64,000 bases of DNA from a virus. The translations under genes and the position numbers were made by a program. The DNA lies in IMG/VR virus record IMGVR_UViG_3300045988_113168; one strand, given 5' to 3'. A model generated the notes under the pieces. It did no database searches. It saw nothing but the letters and a program-made list of their open reading frames with translations, and was not told where the DNA came from. This document shows positions 58,843 to 64,000 of the stretch, piece after piece (positions within the stretch are counted from its first letter, which is position 1; each line of letters opens with the position of its first letter).

Positions 58843-59151
58843 ATGTTTAAGACTTTCAAAAATACTGCCGTATGCGTACTTCTAGCAGCTATTATACTGA
58901 CTGGGTGCAGTGCAAGTGTGAAAGACTCAGTAGGAAATGTAGCTGTAGGGAATGGCTGGTTCTATCGTATCAGTGATACCCCTATGGTATACGACAAGGA
59001 TACACGCATTATGTATTACTTATTCTCTAAATGTATAGGCAATCAAGGCTACGGTTATATGTCTCCTTATTATAATGAGCACGGTCAGATGTGCTACTAC
59101 GTTGATGGTCAGGTTATTCCAATCGAGGAGGTGTTAATTGATGCTGACTGA
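58843..59151 (+). CDS. putative lipoprotein
   Basis: ATG 58843 after AAAGGAAAA. The signal peptide has a lipobox (VLLAAIILTGCSAS). Confidence 0.6.
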   Translation: MFKTFKNTAVCVLLAAIILTGCSASVKDSVGNVAVGNGWFYRISDTPMVYDKDTRIMYYLFSKCIGNQGYGYMSPYYNEHGQMCYYVDGQVIPIEEVLIDAD

Positions 59152-59341
59152 GATTGTTTGGTTTATGATCAAAGCTTATATTGTTTTAATTTTCATCGCA
59201 GCAGCAATTCGCTCTGAACAGATTCTGTATGATACCTCTACATATATTTTTCGAGGTGACAAAAAGAATGGAATGTATGGCTGTGTCGTGCTGAATGTTT
59301 TTATTATCGTTTGTGTAAGTATGTGGACGGTGATGTTTTAA
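59141..59341 (+). CDS. two-pass membrane protein
   Basis: ATG 59141 after GAGGAGGTG. Two hydrophobic segments. Confidence 0.6.
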   Translation: MLTEIVWFMIKAYIVLIFIAAAIRSEQILYDTSTYIFRGDKKNGMYGCVVLNVFIIVCVSMWTVMF

Positions 59342-59620
59342 ATGAACTACATGAAACTAGTTAATGCTGATAGATTAAAGGATTGTCTTTTGCTGGAAGG
59401 AAACCTTGGACATATCAAAACTCTAAAAGATGTTGAACGAGTTATTGATTTTCAAGTAGATTGCCAGCCAACAACTGTATTTGAGTTCGTAGATAATTGT
59501 GAGAACTCGGCATGGGTGTGTGATTATTGTGGTGGCGGAATTAAAGGGCAAGAGTCACCCGAAAGCCTTGGCTATAATCGCTGCCCGTTCTGTGGTCTTT
59601 TAATCGAGGTGGGAAAATGA
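59342..59620 (+). CDS. hypothetical protein with zinc-ribbon
   Basis: Track ORF. CDYCGG...CPFCG. Confidence 0.6.
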   Translation: MNYMKLVNADRLKDCLLLEGNLGHIKTLKDVERVIDFQVDCQPTTVFEFVDNCENSAWVCDYCGGGIKGQESPESLGYNRCPFCGLLIEVGK

Positions 59621-60162
59621 ACTACATGAAAATTGTTCCCTGTGACATAGCGAATGGCGAAGGTGTGCGCGTAAGTCTTTTCGTTTCGGGGTGTAACCAT
59701 CATTGTCCTGGTTGCCATAACCAGCAAACGTGGGATGCAAACGCAGGCCAGCCATTTACAGAAGAAACGCTAGACGAACTAATTGAGTTGCTTCGACCAG
59801 ATTACATTCAGGGGCTAACTCTTACTGGTGGAGATCCAATGTATCCAGAAAATCGAGAAATAATCAGTGATATTATTTATAAAGTCTTAGTTGAGTTTGG
59901 AGATAAAAAAGATATCTGGATGTGGACTGGATATACCTATGAAGAATTACTAAGCCAGATAAATCCGCTCAATAAAAATGATGACATCGATATGATTTTA
60001 AATCTTATCGATGTCATCGTGGATGGCCCATATATTGAATCAAAACGTGACATCTCACTACCTTATATGGGAAGCTCCAATCAGAGAGTTATCGATTGCA
60101 TGAAAACTACTGGATACGACAATATAGTCCTTTGGTGGGCTCCAGAAGAGAAAGGAAAATAA
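59617..60162 (+). CDS. nrdG: anaerobic ribonucleotide reductase activating protein NrdG (radical SAM)
   Basis: DIANGEGVRVSLFVSGCNHHCPGCHN is the NrdG-type CxxxCxxC cluster region. GGDP motif present. Confidence 0.85.
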   Translation: MNYMKIVPCDIANGEGVRVSLFVSGCNHHCPGCHNQQTWDANAGQPFTEETLDELIELLRPDYIQGLTLTGGDPMYPENREIISDIIYKVLVEFGDKKDIWMWTGYTYEELLSQINPLNKNDDIDMILNLIDVIVDGPYIESKRDISLPYMGSSNQRVIDCMKTTGYDNIVLWWAPEEKGK

Positions 60163-60163
60163 T

Positions 60164-60697
60164 ATGGATTTAGGAAATTACGAAAAGTTCCCAGATAGCA
60201 ATGTTTTTACCACTATTTATCATCCGAATATTAAGATCAATAAACTACACGATGATGCTCGTCTGCCGACTTATGGTTCTAAAAATGCTGCTTGTGCAGA
60301 CCTGTACGCCTATATCGGTTTTGATGACGCAACGATTGTAAACAAGAATGGTGATCGCTGCATTATGATTCAGCCGCATGAGACCGTTAAGGTACATACT
60401 GGTTTGCGGATGGCTCCGCCGGAAGGTTGGTATGTCGCTATCTATGCTCGCAGTGGTATGGCAACGAAGCAGGGGCTTGCACCTGCGAATAAAACAGGGG
60501 TTTGTGATCAGGATTACCGTGGAGAATATATCGTAGCACTACATAATCATTCCAATATCCCTCAAATGATTACTCATGGCGACCGCATTGCTCAGATGGC
60601 AGTTGTTCCGTTCTGGCAGGCTGATTTTGAAGAGGTTTCCGAATTGGACGAAACGGAGCGTGGAGCGGGCGGTTTTGGTTCTACTGGAAAACAGTAA
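60164..60697 (+). CDS. dut: dUTP diphosphatase
   Basis: AACADLYA, ARSG, GDRIAQM and C-terminal RGAGGFGSTG are the dUTPase motifs. Confidence 0.8.
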   Translation: MDLGNYEKFPDSNVFTTIYHPNIKINKLHDDARLPTYGSKNAACADLYAYIGFDDATIVNKNGDRCIMIQPHETVKVHTGLRMAPPEGWYVAIYARSGMATKQGLAPANKTGVCDQDYRGEYIVALHNHSNIPQMITHGDRIAQMAVVPFWQADFEEVSELDETERGAGGFGSTGKQ

Positions 60698-61170
60698 TGG
60701 AGAGAATTATGGGAAAAACAATTGATACATCCGAGCTTCTGTATCGGATGGGCAAGTACGCAGAAATCGATGTTGGAGAAGAAAAACATGATGCGTTTAT
60801 GCATTTCATGCTTCTTTTAACTCGCACAATTGAGAAGATGCCGAATGCTGCGCTAACGCATAAGAATCCAATTGATGATGAGATTATGGAGAATCAGTAC
60901 AAGCTAGTGAACGCAATCTCACTGGTAACCGGTCGCACTCGAAACGATGGCTGGTATCCCACTTGGATTGGCATGGCCATGAAGATTGTGCGTCTGAAGA
61001 GTGGAGAATCAGCTGGTTTCCTGTACATCAAAGATAATGAGGGACACGACTATCCGGGTGCAATGCATACATCTTGTGTTGTTGATTACTACATCTCAAG
61101 TGACAAGAAAAATGTTATTGTCCAGACCGAAAACACAATTTATAAGTTTGAAAAAATTGAGGAGAACTAA
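60697..61170 (+). CDS. hypothetical protein
   Basis: Track ORF. ATG 60709 is an alternative start. Confidence 0.6.
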   Translation: MERIMGKTIDTSELLYRMGKYAEIDVGEEKHDAFMHFMLLLTRTIEKMPNAALTHKNPIDDEIMENQYKLVNAISLVTGRTRNDGWYPTWIGMAMKIVRLKSGESAGFLYIKDNEGHDYPGAMHTSCVVDYYISSDKKNVIVQTENTIYKFEKIEEN

Positions 61171-61173
61171 ATT

Positions 61174-61479
61174 ATGGCTAAGTATTTTTATGTTTATAAT
61201 ATCGCTGGTGTCGAGGATTCTATTGTAAAGATGTTCAACACTGATACTGGTGCAATGGGTGAGAAGAGTGTCAAAAAGGATCGCATGGATGGTTTTATTG
61301 ATGGTATTAAGACGAGCGGCTTTGTTTTGAATAAGGAGCTGGCAGATGCTGATGTTGCAGAGAGCGAAGCAAAGCGTGTTCTGGCAGAGAAGATGACTGC
61401 TTATCAGGCAGCTCGCGACGATTATCATAATAAGAGCGAGACTCTAAAGAAGGTCAAGGCTAAGTACGGCATTAAGTAA
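61174..61479 (+). CDS. hypothetical protein
   Basis: Track ORF with GAGGAGAA upstream. Confidence 0.65.
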   Translation: MAKYFYVYNIAGVEDSIVKMFNTDTGAMGEKSVKKDRMDGFIDGIKTSGFVLNKELADADVAESEAKRVLAEKMTAYQAARDDYHNKSETLKKVKAKYGIK

Positions 61480-61491
61480 GGAGAATACATA

Positions 61492-61803
61492 ATGAAGTAT
61501 TACGCTATTGAATCTCATTACGAGAAAGAAGCTCCATTTGGAATTGCATGGCAAATAAAGCTGTTTGATGGGCATACGCTTTTGGAAGAGTACGACCACA
61601 TCTTTTATAACGAGATTGCTGGTTACTGCAAGTGTCTTGAAGATATAGGATTCGTGGATGAGCGATGGACTTTTAAAAGGCCACAGGACGAAGAAGTCCA
61701 TGACTTTGTTAAAATGTGCATAAAGAAAAAGGAGAATGCACTTCAGACGGAGTGGTATGAAATGACCGGTAACTGGCCAAATGGCGCAGTGACTCTCGAT
61801 TAA
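61492..61803 (+). CDS. hypothetical protein
   Basis: Track ORF with AAGGAGAA upstream. Confidence 0.65.
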   Translation: MKYYAIESHYEKEAPFGIAWQIKLFDGHTLLEEYDHIFYNEIAGYCKCLEDIGFVDERWTFKRPQDEEVHDFVKMCIKKKENALQTEWYEMTGNWPNGAVTLD

Positions 61804-61832
61804 AAGGTAAATTTTACTGAGGAAGTGATTCT

Positions 61833-62165
61833 ATGGCATACGCAGGCAAAAATGGATACGATAAAGACACGGATATTTTATCTCCGATAGCTAGTAATAT
61901 TATTGGATGGGTAGGTAAAGCAGATAGAGAAGAGATTCTTGATCTCAGTTTTGAACGAATTTCCCTTTATCAGGTAGGTAAGATTCTTGAAAAACTTGGC
62001 TATCAGAATATTGATATGAGCGAAAACGGATGGGAAATGGATTACTGGTGGGAGTACGAACTTGCCAATAACGCCAATGATATTCCAAATCTTCCTTGTC
62101 GAATTCAAATTAAAGGAAGTTGCGCAGAGGGCACAATGATGCTTAATGTTTTAGATAACGAATAA
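61833..62165 (+). CDS. hypothetical protein
   Basis: Track ORF with GAGGAAG upstream. Confidence 0.65.
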   Translation: MAYAGKNGYDKDTDILSPIASNIIGWVGKADREEILDLSFERISLYQVGKILEKLGYQNIDMSENGWEMDYWWEYELANNANDIPNLPCRIQIKGSCAEGTMMLNVLDNE

Positions 62166-62200
62166 CTTTAATAGTAGTGGTGGGTGGGAGGAATAAATAT

Positions 62201-62473
62201 ATGAATGTTATAAAGCATGGAACGCATCGAGCAAAAGATTCTGAAAATTTATATAAAGTGACTTGTAATTCTTGCGGGTGTGTATTTGAAGCTAAAAGAT
62301 CTGAATTTCATGTATGGCCTTTACCAGCACGACCTGTTAGCGAAACGGTAAAAAATTATGATAATACAGGGCGTCCGGCAGAAATACAATGTCCTGAGTG
62401 CAAATGCACTTGTGGAATTAGAATGAGATTGCTTGCAAGAGAATCTGTCTTTTTACACGCATATTGTAGGTGA
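62201..62473 (+). CDS. zinc-ribbon protein, member 1 of a tandem paralogue trio
   Basis: ATG 62201 after GGGAGGAA. CNSCGC...CPECKC. Confidence 0.6.
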   Translation: MNVIKHGTHRAKDSENLYKVTCNSCGCVFEAKRSEFHVWPLPARPVSETVKNYDNTGRPAEIQCPECKCTCGIRMRLLARESVFLHAYCR

Positions 62474-62477
62474 TAGT

Positions 62478-62696
62478 ATGAAAGCACATATTCGAGAAGA
62501 AAAGAAAACAACTCCATTAAAACTTGGTGAGGGAACATTACTTCAAGAGAAAGACGGCAAACTGTATAAGATTTGTGATACAGTAGAATATGATGATACG
62601 CATACCGACGATGAAGTTATCAAGGTTGCTTTATCTGAAGAAAATATGATTGTTGGATCGAACTTTTTAATGCATCGTTTGTGTTCACAGATTTAG
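62478..62696 (+). CDS. hypothetical protein
   Basis: ATG 62478 after AGGTGA, inside track ORF 62433..62696. Confidence 0.55.
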   Translation: MKAHIREEKKTTPLKLGEGTLLQEKDGKLYKICDTVEYDDTHTDDEVIKVALSEENMIVGSNFLMHRLCSQI

Positions 62697-62704
62697 GTGT
62701 AGAT

Positions 62705-62935
62705 ATGCATAAAACTGATAGTTTGAAAAATCCGGTAATCGTATTTCCATGTAAGAATTGCGGTTGCACAACTAAGATTCGAGTAGCCTCTTTTGAAAAT
62801 CCTGATTTGGATATTCCTGAGAGTAATGTGATTGCGTGCTATAGATGTAGAGCGGAAGTTGCTGGATCTGAGTTTATTTCTTGGAAAGAAGCAACTAAAA
62901 CTATTTTTACCGTGGAGGTGCCAGATGGCAATTAA
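62705..62935 (+). CDS. zinc-ribbon protein, member 2 of trio
   Basis: ATG 62705 after AGGTG. CKNCGC...CYRC. Confidence 0.6.
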   Translation: MHKTDSLKNPVIVFPCKNCGCTTKIRVASFENPDLDIPESNVIACYRCRAEVAGSEFISWKEATKTIFTVEVPDGN

Positions 62936-63143
62936 AATTATTCAACATAAACAGACTCCAAAAGAACTTGCATATCATTTTAAATGCAACTGTGGTTGTG
63001 AATTTTGGTCTGATTCGGAAGGTGTTCTGAGTGCGAAGTCATTGGATGTGATTTTATTTTATCAAACACAATGTCCAGAATGCGGCAGTCGTGTAGAGAG
63101 CCACGATGAACCGGTTCTGCGAGAAGAAATTTTTGACGATTAA
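62925..63143 (+). CDS. zinc-ribbon protein, member 3 of trio
   Basis: ATG 62925 after GGAGGTG. CNCGC...CPECG. Confidence 0.6.
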   Translation: MAIKIIQHKQTPKELAYHFKCNCGCEFWSDSEGVLSAKSLDVILFYQTQCPECGSRVESHDEPVLREEIFDD

Positions 63144-63172
63144 AATGTATGATTTAAAGTGTGGTGAACGTA

Positions 63173-63571
63173 ATGGAAGTTTGGGAACTAAATCTTCTGC
63201 ATGATGGGGATATAGAACGAATATGTATGTGCTCTGATGAACAACCATTATTCGAAATGGCAGTCGATAGGGCATTTGATTTATTTGCAAAAATAAATGA
63301 GTGGCCTCTCAAACAAGAAAATTGTCATGCTTCCGTAAGTATAAACGACAAGCTTCATTCCATTTTAGTGAAGATTAGCACACAAGACGATAATACAGTT
63401 GAACTCTGGGAGTATAAATGGGAATGCATTTATAAAGAACCTCATGAAGACAAGTCTAGTAACACCTTACTTCAGGAAGTTGTTTCTCGTGTGCAAGACA
63501 TTCCAAAACTATTTTATGATTGGGCGGAGAATTTCTGTTGGAGAGCGAGAAAGAATGGCTATTTGCAGTAA
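63173..63571 (+). CDS. hypothetical protein
   Basis: ATG 63173 after GGTGAA, inside track ORF 63161..63571. Confidence 0.6.
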   Translation: MEVWELNLLHDGDIERICMCSDEQPLFEMAVDRAFDLFAKINEWPLKQENCHASVSINDKLHSILVKISTQDDNTVELWEYKWECIYKEPHEDKSSNTLLQEVVSRVQDIPKLFYDWAENFCWRARKNGYLQ

Positions 63572-63899
63572 ATGTTTGCATAAAGAAGTATGCGCTTTTA
63601 GGAAGCAAACAAGAGATAGTTGCGCTGAATCTTGCAAAGATTTCCTCGGTTGGGTCAAGGTCATGGGTGAGCGTCCGATTCCTTTAAAAGACAATCTTGT
63701 AATAAGCAGTTATGGTCTGTCGTTTATTGGATATTACGATTACAACAAAAGAGATCGAGAACACTTTTACGATGTAAACGCCCTCGAAAAAATTTATGAA
63801 TGTCCATCTTACTGGCTGAAAGGACTTGATTTGCATGAGCAAGAAAAAATCGCTAACAAAGAATACGAGTGTAGGAAATCCAATATGGGACAAGTATGA
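63555..63899 (+). CDS. Cys-rich hypothetical protein
   Basis: ATG 63555 after GGAGAGCGAG, inside track ORF 63399..63899. Confidence 0.6.
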   Translation: MAICSKCLHKEVCAFRKQTRDSCAESCKDFLGWVKVMGERPIPLKDNLVISSYGLSFIGYYDYNKRDREHFYDVNALEKIYECPSYWLKGLDLHEQEKIANKEYECRKSNMGQV

Positions 63900-64000
63900 G
63901 ATTGTAGGAGTCTCTTTTGACACATCAAATAATCCAAACAAGAAGTTCTTCAAGCCGGTTTACATAATGCCGGATGGAGATGTCGTAGCTTGCGATGGAA
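63835..64000 (+). CDS. hypothetical protein, 3' end outside window
   Basis: ATG 63835 lies 9 nt after AAGGA. The frame stays open to the window edge and overlaps the previous gene by 65 nt. Confidence 0.4.
   Translation, partial: MSKKKSLTKNTSVGNPIWDKYEIVGVSFDTSNNPNKKFFKPVYIMPDGDVVACDG

Noticed and set aside
63883-63885. An apparent ATA start for the last, truncated ORF (IWDKYEIVGVSF...).
   Set aside because: The same frame has a canonical ATG at 63835 with AAGGA 9 nt upstream, so no unusual start is needed.

Overview
The window looks like one arm of a large tailed-phage genome from a low-GC Gram-positive (Bacillota-type) host. The evidence is strong AGGAG-type ribosome-binding sites, TTGACA/TATAAT promoters and about 130 tightly packed genes, all on the + strand. 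No minus-strand ORF looks real. Layout by region:
- 1-22 kb: about 65 small genes of unknown function with several paralogue families. Embedded in them are a Bro-N protein, a tyrosine recombinase, a DnaD-like protein and a SleB-type cell-wall hydrolase.
- 22.4-29.6 kb: an accessory block. It holds an orphan MazF/PemK-like toxin with its own promoter, a recombinase-fold protein, a Pnkp-type kinase/phosphatase/RNA-ligase fusion, and a 1.4 kb tRNA operon. The operon has 7 canonical tRNAs, 2 irregular tRNA-like elements and structured non-tRNA spacers. A C5-methyltransferase-like gene overlapping a SplB-type radical-SAM gene follows.
- 30.4-48.2 kb: the replication module. It contains an SSB-like protein, an AAA_24 ATPase, a DnaB-like helicase, a primase, a RecJ-like DHH exonuclease, a DnaE-type Pol III alpha, a RecD-like helicase with an intein in its P-loop, and an ATP-dependent DNA ligase.
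- 48-64 kb: small genes plus nucleotide metabolism (ThyX, NrdD, NrdG, dUTPase). nrdD and nrdG are separated by a membrane-protein island that includes an SPFH protein.

Most notable signals:
1. TAG never terminates a gene here, yet it sits in frame inside two otherwise intact small genes. This suggests amber suppression or recoding.
2. A 20-nt element occurs nine times in two orientations at module boundaries.
3. The tRNA operon contains conserved structured RNAs with covariation, and three tRNAs have swapped 54/58 T-loops.
4. An RNA-cleaving toxin lies next to an RNA-repair enzyme.
5. A gene is split by a +1 frame change inside a (GAAA)3 repeat.

All functional calls rest on motifs read by eye. 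No database search was possible.
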